Position numbers and translations under genes: made by a program. 64,000 nucleotides of DNA, from assembly GCA_963796455.1 (NCBI GenBank), contig CAWCLO010000001.1:359372-423371 (forward strand). The letters run 5' to 3'. The first letter of the stretch is position 1, and every line of letters starts with the position of its first letter. Positions 17,105 through 26,227 of the stretch are shown one piece after another. The notes below the pieces were generated by a model. The model did no database searches and had not been told where the DNA came from. It was given only the letters and a program-made list of their open reading frames with translations. The stretch is from Candidatus Sulfomarinibacteraceae bacterium. GTDB taxonomy: Bacteria > Acidobacteriota > Thermoanaerobaculia > Thermoanaerobaculales > Sulfomarinibacteraceae.

Positions 17105-18219
17105 GACGACTCCTCCTCGCCCCCTTCTTCCGCCATCTTCTTGGAAGCCATCAGCCCGGCGCCAACCACGGCGCCACCGACGATGCCGGCAACACCCGCG
17201 GCAGCCGCGGACGGACTGCTCCGATGATCTGGGAAGATCGGCGGCACGGCGTTTTCGGGCAACGCCGCCTCCTGATGGAGCGGTTTGTGGAAAGCCACAC
17301 CTTGCTCTGTGCAGCCGAAGCACGGATGCCCGATCCCGATCGGCCAAGCATCCGGCATCTCACCGAAGGGCTGGACCGAGCAGTTCGCGTGGGTCTCGGG
17401 ACCCTTGCATCCAAGCGCGAAGAGGCAGTAGCCCAGCCGGTGACCCTCGTCTCCGTATTGACGGGCGAATCGGCCGGCGTCAAAGTGCGCCCGGCGCGGG
17501 CAATGCTCGTGGATCGTGCGACCGTAGGCAAAGAGCGGACGGCCCTTGTCGTCGAGTGCCGGCAGCGAGCCGAGAGCGACGAATTGCAGCACGGTGCCGA
17601 GGAAGTTGTAGGGGTTCGCCGGGCAACCCGGGATGGTCACCACAGTCGTTCCCTCGAGAATCTGCGGCGCACCGACGGCGTCGGTCGGGTTCGGGTCGGC
17701 CGAGGGAATTCCGCCCCACGAGGCGCAGGATCCGATGGCGACCACAGCAGCAGCCTTGGATGCCACATCGTTGAGAATATCGATCGCGGTCCGACCACCG
17801 ATCTGGCAGTAGATACCTCCGTCTTTTCTCGGGATCGCACCCTCCACGACGCAGACGTACTGGCCCGCGTGCTCTTCCATTGCCTGGTGCAGCGCGTCTT
17901 CGATCTGATAGCCGGCTGCGGCAAAGAGCGTCTCGTGGTAGTCCAGTGAGACGAGATCGAGGATGAGCTCCGCGATTCCTGGACTCGAGGTGCGGAGAAG
18001 CGATTCCGTGCACCCGGTGCATTCCTGGAAATGAAGCCAGATCACCGACGGTTTGAGACCCGCCTCAGCGGCCTCCGCCCATTTGACTCCGACGCTGGCG
18101 GGGAGCCCGACGGCTGCTGCCGCCATCATGCATCCCTTGACGAAGTCCCTCCGGTCGACGCCCCCCTCTTGAGGGCAACCTTCGGGCACACCTATGTTCT
18201 CTTCCCTCCAACCCATCAT
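17101..18219 (-). CDS. hybO: [NiFe]-hydrogenase small subunit
   Basis: Tat signal RRDFVKGCMMAAAAVG. WLHFQECTGCTESLLR. C-terminal TM anchor. AAAGGAGG lies 2 nt upstream of the first ATG (5 nt from the second). Confidence 0.92.
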   Translation of the reverse strand: MMGWREENIGVPEGCPQEGGVDRRDFVKGCMMAAAAVGLPASVGVKWAEAAEAGLKPSVIWLHFQECTGCTESLLRTSSPGIAELILDLVSLDYHETLFAAAGYQIEDALHQAMEEHAGQYVCVVEGAIPRKDGGIYCQIGGRTAIDILNDVASKAAAVVAIGSCASWGGIPSADPNPTDAVGAPQILEGTTVVTIPGCPANPYNFLGTVLQFVALGSLPALDDKGRPLFAYGRTIHEHCPRRAHFDAGRFARQYGDEGHRLGYCLFALGCKGPETHANCSVQPFGEMPDAWPIGIGHPCFGCTEQGVAFHKPLHQEAALPENAVPPIFPDHRSSPSAAAAGVAGIVGGAVVGAGLMASKKMAEEGGEEESS

Positions 18220-18274
18220 GGCCTCCTTTGGAAAATCGCCATTAAAAAAAACATCTCACATATTTGACCGACCC

Positions 18275-18304
18275 ACACTACGAGGGCGCTCCGACGATTG
18301 TCAA
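18275..18304 (-). promoter_or_regulatory. candidate sigma70-type promoter of the hydrogenase structural operon
   Basis: Minus strand reads TTGACA, an 18-nt spacer, then TAGTGT, about 55 nt upstream of the start, within an AT-rich stretch. The perfect palindrome TGCATCCAAAATGCA at 18366-18380 lies just upstream. Confidence 0.35.
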
Positions 18305-18646
18305 TACAACTTGAGTTAATTCAACCTTATCTCAATTTGATCGATGTTTGTGAATGCGAATCAGTTGCATTTTGGATGCACGAATTGGCGGGGAACAGAC
18401 GTTTTTGACGCGACGAGAAAAAGCCGTTTTGCGCCGCATTCCGACCAAGACTGTCCGATAGACGCACACAACGCATGATCAGGTCGTACCGCCTCGAAGG
18501 GAGATGCTCGGATTCCCTGCTCGCGTCGCCATCGAAGGCCCACCGGCGAACCGAAAATTCTCGTCCGTTGGTCGAGATTGAGTTGCTGAATGTTTTCAGG
18601 AACCGGACTGAATAGCGGCTCCCTCATTTCCGGGGCTGATCGCAGC

Positions 18647-18676
18647 AAAAAAAAAGCACCCTCGGATCGAGGGTGC
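18647..18676 (-). terminator. rho-independent terminator after the AGCS symporter gene
   Basis: Minus strand reads GCACCCTCGATCCGAGGGTGC followed by T9. Confidence 0.85.
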
Positions 18677-18706
18677 CTGGCGGATATTTTCGGTTCGCGG
18701 CTCTGT

Positions 18707-20452
18707 TCAGTGCTTTGGCGGTTCCAGTTTTCCGTCGGCCACATATTCCTTGGTCCATCCCTTGACCATCCCGGTCAGCAACAGGATCGAAATCAGGTTG
18801 GGAATCGTCATCAGACCGAGCGCCATGTCTCCAAAGGCCCAGACGAGCTCGAGCGAATAAACGGCCCCCAGAAAGTGGGCAATGCAAAAGACCACCCGGT
18901 ACGGTACGACCCACTGGGGACCGGCCAGGTAGAGGATCGACCGGTCGCCGTAGTAAGACCAACTGATGGCCGTCGACAGACCGAAGAGGAAGACCGCGAG
19001 AGTCACCAACAGGTGACCCTTGCCGAAGGCAAGCTTCCCGAGACCCTCACGGAAAGCCCACGCGGTGAGCGGCGAACCGTTCTGCATCGCCCGCCCCCGC
19101 ATCACCAAAACACCCTCCGCCGGGTCACCGTCCTCGGCGAGAACTGTCCCGTCCTCGAGGTGGCCCTCGTCCTCAGGCTCGAGCACGATCAACCCCGAAA
19201 ACGGCCGCAGATCGCGAAGCAAAACCTGATCGTCGGCGATGAGAATCTCGACGTCATCGACCAGTGCGTGATTGCGCACCAGCTCGAACTCGATTGGGTG
19301 GCCGTCCCGCACGACCAGCGCACCACTCGCGAGCGCTTCATTAGAGAGGGAGCCATTGACCCCAACCCTGGTGCCCTGGACCACGGCTGTGAGAGCTGAC
19401 TGATCGTTGACCAGCAGCTGCTGTTCCTGCTTGTCGTGCCAGACGCCCGACACCAGGATCACGAGGCCTGTCATGGTGCAGATTATCAGGGTGTCGATGA
19501 AAGGACCGATCATGGCCACGACGCCCTCTCGGATTGGCTCATCAGTCTTAGCCGCGGCGTGGGCGATCGGCGCGGAGCCCTGACCGGACTCGTTGGAGAA
19601 GAGGCCACGTTTGACGCCCCATGTGAGCATGAAAATGAACGTGCCTCCCGCAAACCCGCTGATACTCGCCGCCGGAGTAAAGGCCGATTGGAAAATAGTG
19701 ACAAGCAATCCCGGCACCTGCCCGATGTGCATTACGATCACGATGAACGCGGTGCCAACGTAGAGCGCTGCCATAAAGGGCACCAACTTCGAGGTCACGC
19801 GACCGATGCGGCGAATTCCGCCAAGGATCACCATCGCCACCAGCGAGGCGAGGATGAGTCCTGTCACCCAGGTGGGCACACCCAGGTCCTGGCGAAACTG
19901 ATCGGCGACGGTAAAGGACTGCACCGCATTGCCAGATCCGAATGAGGAGATCACCGCGAAACACGCAAAGGCGATGGCCAAAGGCTTCCATTTCGGACCC
20001 AGACCACGTTCGATCGAGTACATCGGACCGCCGGACGCCGCTCCTCCTGGAAGAATGGTCCTGAACTTCATCGCAAGGGTGCACTCGGTGTACTTCAGCG
20101 CCATTCCGAAAACGGCCGTCACCCACATCCAAAAGAGAGCCCCAGGGCCTCCGTAGTGGATCGCGGTGGCCACGCCCGCGATGTTGCCGATTCCAACGGT
20201 TGCCGACAATGCGGTCGTCAGAGCCTGAAAGTGGGAGAGGTCACCCTCGTGCTCGGGATCATCGAACTCGCCGCGCAAAACCCGCAGCCCGTGACGAAAG
20301 TAACGGATCTGAATCCAGCCGAGACGAAAGGTGGTAACAAGGCCGGTGCCGACGAGCAACACAACGAGCAGCGGCATCTGTTCGGGCCAGCCCCAGATCG
20401 CACCACTGATGCTCTCGATCGTCGATCGCACCCATTCGAAGAATGTACCCAT
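18707..20452 (-). CDS. alanine/glycine:cation symporter (AGCS) family protein
   Basis: 581 aa. FQALTTALSATVGIGNIAGVATAI signature and multiple TM segments. It carries a ~110-aa soluble insertion (HDKQEQQLL...GRAMQNGSPL). Confidence 0.85.
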   Translation of the reverse strand: MGTFFEWVRSTIESISGAIWGWPEQMPLLVVLLVGTGLVTTFRLGWIQIRYFRHGLRVLRGEFDDPEHEGDLSHFQALTTALSATVGIGNIAGVATAIHYGGPGALFWMWVTAVFGMALKYTECTLAMKFRTILPGGAASGGPMYSIERGLGPKWKPLAIAFACFAVISSFGSGNAVQSFTVADQFRQDLGVPTWVTGLILASLVAMVILGGIRRIGRVTSKLVPFMAALYVGTAFIVIVMHIGQVPGLLVTIFQSAFTPAASISGFAGGTFIFMLTWGVKRGLFSNESGQGSAPIAHAAAKTDEPIREGVVAMIGPFIDTLIICTMTGLVILVSGVWHDKQEQQLLVNDQSALTAVVQGTRVGVNGSLSNEALASGALVVRDGHPIEFELVRNHALVDDVEILIADDQVLLRDLRPFSGLIVLEPEDEGHLEDGTVLAEDGDPAEGVLVMRGRAMQNGSPLTAWAFREGLGKLAFGKGHLLVTLAVFLFGLSTAISWSYYGDRSILYLAGPQWVVPYRVVFCIAHFLGAVYSLELVWAFGDMALGLMTIPNLISILLLTGMVKGWTKEYVADGKLEPPKH

Positions 20453-20614
20453 GCCTGGAACCCCCCGTGACGCGCTGGTCGGTCTAACCGCCGCGACACG
20501 GCGGGTGGACCTATGCTAGCCGAGCGCCCTCCGACGAGGCAAGCGGCAGCCGCCGGACTGGAGTGAAGCGCGGCTCGTGATTCATCTATAATCCCGCCCG
20601 AAGGAGTTTCAACA

Positions 20615-21124
20615 ATGCGTCCTGCATTCGCAGTCGCCGTCGTCCTGACCGTGGTCCTCACCGCCTGCGGCGGATCCTCATCGGATAGCGGCACCGATTC
20701 GAGCGCGGGAGCGGTGACAGGGGCACAGGAGCCCTCCTCCGAGAGCCCCCGCAGCGCGGGCCTCGACACCCAGATCAGCCTCCCCCCAGAGATCGAGAAC
20801 GCCTGGTCCGGTATTCGGATTCGGGTGATTCGGGTCGAAGACCAAAGCTCCGAGACCTTTGAGGTCCAGCTTGGAGGGTCGACTGTTCTCGGCGAGAGCG
20901 GGCTGATTCTCTCAGCGGAGTCTTTCGTTCCCGATTTCGTGATGGACGAAGACGGCATCACGAGCCGTTCCGAAGCCACCGACAACCCCGCCGCTCGCGT
21001 TCAGATCAGCGACGGCGGCTCTTTTCAGTATGAGGGGTGGCTCTTTGCCGCGATGCCCGGCATCGATGCTGATCCTCATCCCGTGTATCAGATCCAGTTG
21101 CTCGAGGGCATCCCTGCCGGGTAG
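20615..21124 (+). CDS. lipoprotein, function unknown
   Basis: 169 aa. Signal peptide plus lipobox (VVLTAC). GAAGGAG RBS. TATAAT at 20587-20592. Confidence 0.7.
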   Translation: MRPAFAVAVVLTVVLTACGGSSSDSGTDSSAGAVTGAQEPSSESPRSAGLDTQISLPPEIENAWSGIRIRVIRVEDQSSETFEVQLGGSTVLGESGLILSAESFVPDFVMDEDGITSRSEATDNPAARVQISDGGSFQYEGWLFAAMPGIDADPHPVYQIQLLEGIPAG

Positions 21125-21279
21125 GGCGCAGAGAGGCAGAGGATCGCTCGGCATCTTCGCTATCGCTATCGATGGGCGAATTCCGATTCGAATCTTCTTG
21201 CGCCAGCCGCGATTCGTACGCTTTCCCGAAAGTCCGAACCACCCGCTCTGACTTCGAACTCAAGCGAATGCCGCCTCCC

Positions 21280-21400
21280 GATGTCATCCTGAGCGGAGCG
21301 CCTTTGGCGCGTAGTCGAAGGATCTGCGTCTCGGAATCTTTGTGTTCCGTCTCATAGATCCTTCGACTCGGCCGTCGAACGGCCTCGCTCAGGATGACAT
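21280..21400. repeat. palindromic unit PE1, second copy
   Basis: GATGTCATCCTGAGCGGAGCG...GTAGTCGAAGGATCTG...AGATCCTTCGACT...CGCTCAGGATGACAT. Confidence 0.8.
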
Positions 21401-21502
21401 ATTGAAAAGACCCACCGAATCAACTTCGGATCAGGAGACGGGGAGATCATCGCGGATCAAGAAACTTGATAAGAGCGGAGTCTCCTCTGCTCCTCTGCCG
21501 AC

Positions 21503-23137
21503 CTAAAGCAACTTATGCAGATTCGCCATCAGTGTGGTTTTGCGCACCCGCTTCTGAAACCTCCTGGTCTTGGCGAGATTGCCGAGGGTCGCGAATTTCC
21601 CGAGGCCCTTGCCATAGAGCATCGGTAGCGCAGCACTCAGGAACGACCCGAAGTCCTTGTCGTAGGGGTAGTACCAGGGCATTGCCTTGTCGCCGCCGGC
21701 GTCGTGCATGACATATTTGACGTTGACCATCTCGTGCAGACCAAAGGCGCCGTGTGCGCGTCCGATCCCGCTTTCCCGAACCCCACCCCAGGAACCGGTC
21801 GGTTCACCAAATGCCACCGCGTGGTCGTTGATCGTGACCACCCCGGCATCGAGCTCGGCCTGCAACCTCTCCGCCGTTTTTCTCGACCTGGTCCAGCCCG
21901 AGGCGGTGAGTCCGAACTGTGAGGTGTTCGCCCGTTCGATGGCCTCGGTCAGCGATTCCACCGCCACCACCGGCATGATCGGACCAAAGGTCTCCTCGCG
22001 CAAGACCTCCATCTCGTCGGTGACCTCGGTGAGCACGGTTGGCGGGTAGAAAAAACCGGGCCCGTCGGGCAGCTCGCCGCCGGTGAGCGCTGTGGCACCT
22101 GCGGCCAATGCGTCCTCCACCTGACGAACGACGATCCTGAGCTGACCTCTCGTAGTCAACGGGCCCATGTCGGTGTCAGGCAACGATGGGTCACCCAGCT
22201 TGAGCTGACGGGTCAGCTCGACGACCCGGGCCAGAAACGGATCGTGAATCGACCGCTCCACATAGACCCGTTCGACCGATGCACAGGTTTGGCCGCTGTT
22301 GAGAAAAGCACCCCACACGATTCCCCGTGCCGCGCGCTCGATGTCGGCATCGGCAGCTACAACGGCAGCATCCTTTCCGCCGAGTTCGAGTTGGGCAGGC
22401 ACGATGCGTTCGGCGCAGCGCCGCGCGACGTGACGCCCGATCTCCACCGACCCGGTGAACAAAACCTTGGCCACATCCGGGTGGTCCAGGAGAACATCGG
22501 TTGCGGCACCGGGCAGCGCTACCGTATTGATCACACCCGGTGGGAACCCTGCGCGGCGGGCCATGTCGCCCAGCGCCAGCCCGGTCAATACCGTCGCCGA
22601 TGCCGGTTTGAAGACCACCGTATTGCCGGCTCCAACCGCCGGCACGATCTCGGCCATCGGGATCCCGACCGGATAGTTCCACGGGGTGATGACCGAAAAC
22701 ACCCCGATAGGATCGAAACGGTAGCCTGCCTTCCAGTGGGCAAACAGGACCTGGTAGGGCTTGACCGGTTTGAAAGCCAACATTTTTTCGAGTTTGTCGG
22801 CGTAGTAGGCCAGGGTCTCCAGACCCGGGAACACATCCACAAGTTTTGCTTCGGTGACCGGTTTGCCGCCTTCCATCGAGACGAGCTTCGCTAGATCGTC
22901 GGCTTCGGCAAGCATGATCTCGAGCCAGCGGCCGATGATCTTGCGGCGCTCGGCAACTGGTGTCGCGGACCACTTCGGGAAGGCCGCCCGGGCCGACTCG
23001 ACGGCGCGCCGAGCACCTTCGGTATCGAGGGCCGGTACTGAAGCGATCTCTTCTTCGGTAGCCGGATTGGTGGAGACGATGACGCCGGGACCGTCGACGT
23101 CTGCGTTGTCGATGATCGATTGAGTCACATATTGCAT
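21503..23137 (-). CDS. aldehyde dehydrogenase family protein
   Basis: FTGSVEIGRHV, ELGGKDA and FLNSGQTCASVER (catalytic Cys) motifs. The start is uncertain (ATG 23137, 23155 or 23176). Confidence 0.88.
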   Translation of the reverse strand: MQYVTQSIIDNADVDGPGVIVSTNPATEEEIASVPALDTEGARRAVESARAAFPKWSATPVAERRKIIGRWLEIMLAEADDLAKLVSMEGGKPVTEAKLVDVFPGLETLAYYADKLEKMLAFKPVKPYQVLFAHWKAGYRFDPIGVFSVITPWNYPVGIPMAEIVPAVGAGNTVVFKPASATVLTGLALGDMARRAGFPPGVINTVALPGAATDVLLDHPDVAKVLFTGSVEIGRHVARRCAERIVPAQLELGGKDAAVVAADADIERAARGIVWGAFLNSGQTCASVERVYVERSIHDPFLARVVELTRQLKLGDPSLPDTDMGPLTTRGQLRIVVRQVEDALAAGATALTGGELPDGPGFFYPPTVLTEVTDEMEVLREETFGPIMPVVAVESLTEAIERANTSQFGLTASGWTRSRKTAERLQAELDAGVVTINDHAVAFGEPTGSWGGVRESGIGRAHGAFGLHEMVNVKYVMHDAGGDKAMPWYYPYDKDFGSFLSAALPMLYGKGLGKFATLGNLAKTRRFQKRVRKTTLMANLHKLL

Positions 23138-23184
23138 GCGCGCATTGTATGACATCGACGAGGCGCGGCATCGCATTTTCGCAA

Positions 23185-23970
23185 TCAGATCAGGGCCCGC
23201 TCACTCCCCTTCTGATAGGCGTCGATCACCGCCGAGATATCGTGCGCGCCGAGTTCGATGGCACGCCCGATCTTCGACCACTCCATCGTCCACCGGGCAA
23301 CCGGCAGCTCCCGGCTGGGAGTTACGACAACGAGGCGCTCTTTCCGCCCACTCTGTGCGATTTCCTGCTCGAGCTCTTGCAGGCCGTTGGGAGAACACGC
23401 GGCGACCCACAACTCGTCGAAACGATTCTCCGGAACCATCGAAAACGGAACCCGATGGACCAGGCCGCCGTCGAGATAATGCTCACCTGCGATCTCGATC
23501 GAACTGCGAAAACCGTTGATCCACGGAACGAAGGCCGTCGCTCGCAGCATCATCCCGAACTGGTTTCTGCTCATAGCGCCCCGATTCGAAAAGACCCGGA
23601 ATTCAACCTTCGGCAGCGGGAACCCGCCACCCACGATCCGGGCCGTTCCCACCCGAACCTCACATTTCGCCGTCCGTGCCGCTTCGACGTCCATCGTCTG
23701 CAGGGTGATGTGCTGGATCAGACGATCGACGGTGCGTCGTTTGCCGAAGGCCAGCCACGGATGGAGGGCGATGCGCCACGGGTCGGCCTGACGCCACGAA
23801 TCAATCAGGGCATCGGCATCGCCGGCGGCAAACCAGGCCGCTGCGATGCCGCCGGCAGAGATTCCGGCCATCAATTCAAAATCGATGCCCTCGTCCTGGA
23901 AACGCCGCAGAAAACCCGCGTAGTAGGCGCCTCGATTGGCGCCGGAGGCGAGCAGGAGCGCACGCCGCAT
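23185..23970 (-). CDS. patatin-like phospholipase
   Basis: Start MRRALLLASGANRGAYYAG (oxyanion Gly-rich box). GISAGG (GxSxG). DGG near YLDGGLV. Confidence 0.8.
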   Translation of the reverse strand: MRRALLLASGANRGAYYAGFLRRFQDEGIDFELMAGISAGGIAAAWFAAGDADALIDSWRQADPWRIALHPWLAFGKRRTVDRLIQHITLQTMDVEAARTAKCEVRVGTARIVGGGFPLPKVEFRVFSNRGAMSRNQFGMMLRATAFVPWINGFRSSIEIAGEHYLDGGLVHRVPFSMVPENRFDELWVAACSPNGLQELEQEIAQSGRKERLVVVTPSRELPVARWTMEWSKIGRAIELGAHDISAVIDAYQKGSERALI

Positions 23971-23975
23971 TCGGA

Positions 23976-24752
23976 TCAACCCTTTCGGTGCACGTGAACC
24001 GCGGCCGCCTGAGCGGAGGGCATCAGGATCATCTCGCGAACATTGGCGTGTGGAGATCGGGTGGCACAAAAGAGGACCGCTTCCGCGACGTCTTGACCGC
24101 TCAGGGGCTCGAGACCGGTGTAGACGCCATCCGCCTTGTGGTGGTCGCCGTGGAATCGGACCAATGAGAACTCGGTCGCGACCATTCCGGGATCGACCGA
24201 CGAGACCCGGACTCCGGTACCGAGGGTGTCGATCCCCACGCCACGATTGAGGGCGGCCACCGCGTGCTTGGTGGCGCAGTAGACATTGCCGCCCGGATAG
24301 GTTTCGTGCCCGGCAATCGACCCAATGTTCACGACGTGGCCGCAGCCATTTTCGACCATCGACGGCAAGACCGCCCGGGTCACGTAGAGAAGACCCTTGA
24401 TATTGGTGTCGATCATTTCTTCCCAGTCCTCGATATCGCCCTGGTGGAGCGGCGCCAATCCGCGCGAAAGCCCGGCATTGTTGATCAGGATGTCGATCTC
24501 GCTCCAGGAATCAGGGAGGCCTTCGTGCCACGCTTCGACGGCGCCACGATCGGAGACATCGAGTTTGCAGGCGAGGACCTCGCAACCGGAACGATCGCGG
24601 AGGCCGGCGGCCATATCTTCGAGTCGTTCGATGCGGCGCGCGGCAAGAATCAAGCGGCAGCCGGCGTCGGCGAATGTTTCGGCACATGCCGCACCGATTC
24701 CACTTGAAGCTCCGGTGATGAGGACGGTCTTTCCTGAGAGCTTGACTGCCAT
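23976..24752 (-). CDS. short-chain dehydrogenase/reductase (classical SDR)
   Basis: Start MAVKLSGKTVLITGASSGIGAA. Catalytic YCATK. The ORF-track 5' extension to 24923 is translated repeat DNA. Confidence 0.85.
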   Translation of the reverse strand: MAVKLSGKTVLITGASSGIGAACAETFADAGCRLILAARRIERLEDMAAGLRDRSGCEVLACKLDVSDRGAVEAWHEGLPDSWSEIDILINNAGLSRGLAPLHQGDIEDWEEMIDTNIKGLLYVTRAVLPSMVENGCGHVVNIGSIAGHETYPGGNVYCATKHAVAALNRGVGIDTLGTGVRVSSVDPGMVATEFSLVRFHGDHHKADGVYTGLEPLSGQDVAEAVLFCATRSPHANVREMILMPSAQAAAVHVHRKG

Positions 24753-24780
24753 TTCCGAGTCCCCCTTTTGTGAGGAGACA

Positions 24781-25195
24781 TAGTAACTCGATACTCGATG
24801 CTCGATACCGGATCGATTCGCGTTCCGGAGAAACCGCAGATCACGCAGATGAACGCAGATCACGCATCGCAATTGCCAGCGATAGAAAACGTCCCGATGG
24901 GTCAATTCGATGGCAAACCCCACACTCCCACGTCACAACCAACAAGACACCAAGGAACACCGTTGAGTTCATCGTGCCCGACAAGAGAGCTCTGTCAGAA
25001 TCGGAGTCCGTTCTTCATCGGAAATCGATAAGAGAATTTGAGGTCAGTATGTACTTGGCGATTTCTTGGTGTTCTTGGTGTCTAGGTGGTGAATGATTCG
25101 CCACCATCCAGTGGGAACTCCCTGGATAGAGCGATAGCGATTGCGACGGTCAATCTGCGTTCATCTGTGTGATCTGCGGTAACTCCGGTTGACCC
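24781..25195. repeat. nested inverted-repeat mosaic (CTCGATR words, PE2 motif pair, CACCAAGRA words, GCGATAGCG word)
   Basis: PE2 GGAGAAACCGCAGATCACGCAGATGAACGCAGATCACGC at 24827-24865, and its inverse at 25153-25186. Inner inverted pair GACACCAAGGAACACC / GGTGTTCTTGGTGTC. Confidence 0.75.
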
Positions 25196-25218
25196 AGCTA
25201 CCGGACCGGACGACAGGC

Positions 25219-25248
25219 AAAAAAACCGCCCCGGTTGAACCGGGGCGG
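25219..25248 (-). terminator. rho-independent terminator after the His/Asp-rich protein gene
   Basis: Minus strand reads CCGCCCCGGTTCAACCGGGGCGG followed by T7. Confidence 0.85.
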
Positions 25249-25275
25249 TGTGCAGTCGGAGTGAATCTCGTGCGA

Positions 25276-26118
25276 TCAGTCTTCTTCGTGCGCCTTGACG
25301 ATTCGTTCCTTGTGAATCTCGACCAGGCGAACGGCCACTTCACCGTCGACCTTTTCCATCACGCAACCCGTCACAGGATCGATATAGCTCTCGAGCAACG
25401 CGTCATCCTTTTTGACGGTCAGCATCGAGCCCGTCTCTTCACAACGGTAGTGGGCGAAATCGCCGCCACCCACATGCACGCCCGATTTGATCATCACCGG
25501 ATGGGCGCCGTGACCGGCGCTCTTCCATTTGTAGATCTTTTTGCCATCCTCGGTGGTGTCGACATCGAAGTCGTCGCCGAATTTCTCGCGCATGGCGTCA
25601 ATATCGATCTCGCCCTCGTCACCCTTCATGATGATGACATCGTGGTCACCCGGGTGTCCGTCACTGATAAAGATGGCATCACCTTCGCCCTCGTAATCAC
25701 CGAGGACATCCACAACCACTTCGTCGCCATCGCCCCGTTTGATGATCTTGACTCGTTTGACGCCGTCGCCCATTTCTTCGTCATCCGTCACCCACACGTG
25801 ATGGGCATCTCCCTCGCCAAAGTGCTCCATGAGCATGGCGTGGCCGTCGTGACCGTCGTGGACCAGGGTCAATTCGTCGCCGACGCGACGCACCGTGAAG
25901 GGATGTCCGCCGACCTCGTAATCGAGTTGCTGGCCGTCCGCGAGGTCATCGAGCGCGATGACTTCGGTCTCGCCGTTGACGTCGATGGTCAGTTCCTGAC
26001 CGTCCTCGTTGCGCACCTCGACCTTCATGACCTTCTCTTCAGCAAACACCCACACGGCGCCGACGATCAGAACCAGCGCTGCCGCCACCAGATATTTCGT
26101 CCAGTTCTCTCGATTCAT
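25276..26118 (-). CDS. secreted or anchored acidic, His-rich protein (possible metal-binding envelope protein)
   Basis: 280 aa. N-terminal hydrophobic segment YLVAAALVLIVGAVWVFA. Many H/D/E clusters (HDGHDGHAMLMEHFGEGDAHH). Transcribed from the sigma54 promoter at 26187-26203. Confidence 0.65.
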   Translation of the reverse strand: MNRENWTKYLVAAALVLIVGAVWVFAEEKVMKVEVRNEDGQELTIDVNGETEVIALDDLADGQQLDYEVGGHPFTVRRVGDELTLVHDGHDGHAMLMEHFGEGDAHHVWVTDDEEMGDGVKRVKIIKRGDGDEVVVDVLGDYEGEGDAIFISDGHPGDHDVIIMKGDEGEIDIDAMREKFGDDFDVDTTEDGKKIYKWKSAGHGAHPVMIKSGVHVGGGDFAHYRCEETGSMLTVKKDDALLESYIDPVTGCVMEKVDGEVAVRLVEIHKERIVKAHEED

Positions 26119-26186
26119 GCAATCCTCCGCTTATATTTTTCGGCCGCCAGATGAGGTCCCCGGCCTTTTTCTTCGTCCTTCAAGAG

Positions 26187-26203
26187 AGCAAGCGCCGTGC
26201 CAA
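26187..26203 (-). promoter_or_regulatory. sigma54 (-24/-12) promoter
   Basis: Minus strand reads TTGGCACGGCGCTTGCT, an exact TGGCAC-N5-TTGC spacing, about 70 nt upstream of ATG 26118. It lies immediately downstream of a sigma54-dependent regulator gene. Confidence 0.8.
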
Positions 26204-26227
26204 CTCGTGGCCGCGCCTGAAGCCCCA

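Noticed and set aside
20453-20614. Glycine riboswitch upstream of the AGCS symporter, a known association in some bacteria
   Set aside because: The 160-nt leader lacks the conserved GGAGAG...CACCGAAGGGGCAA cores on the relevant strand.
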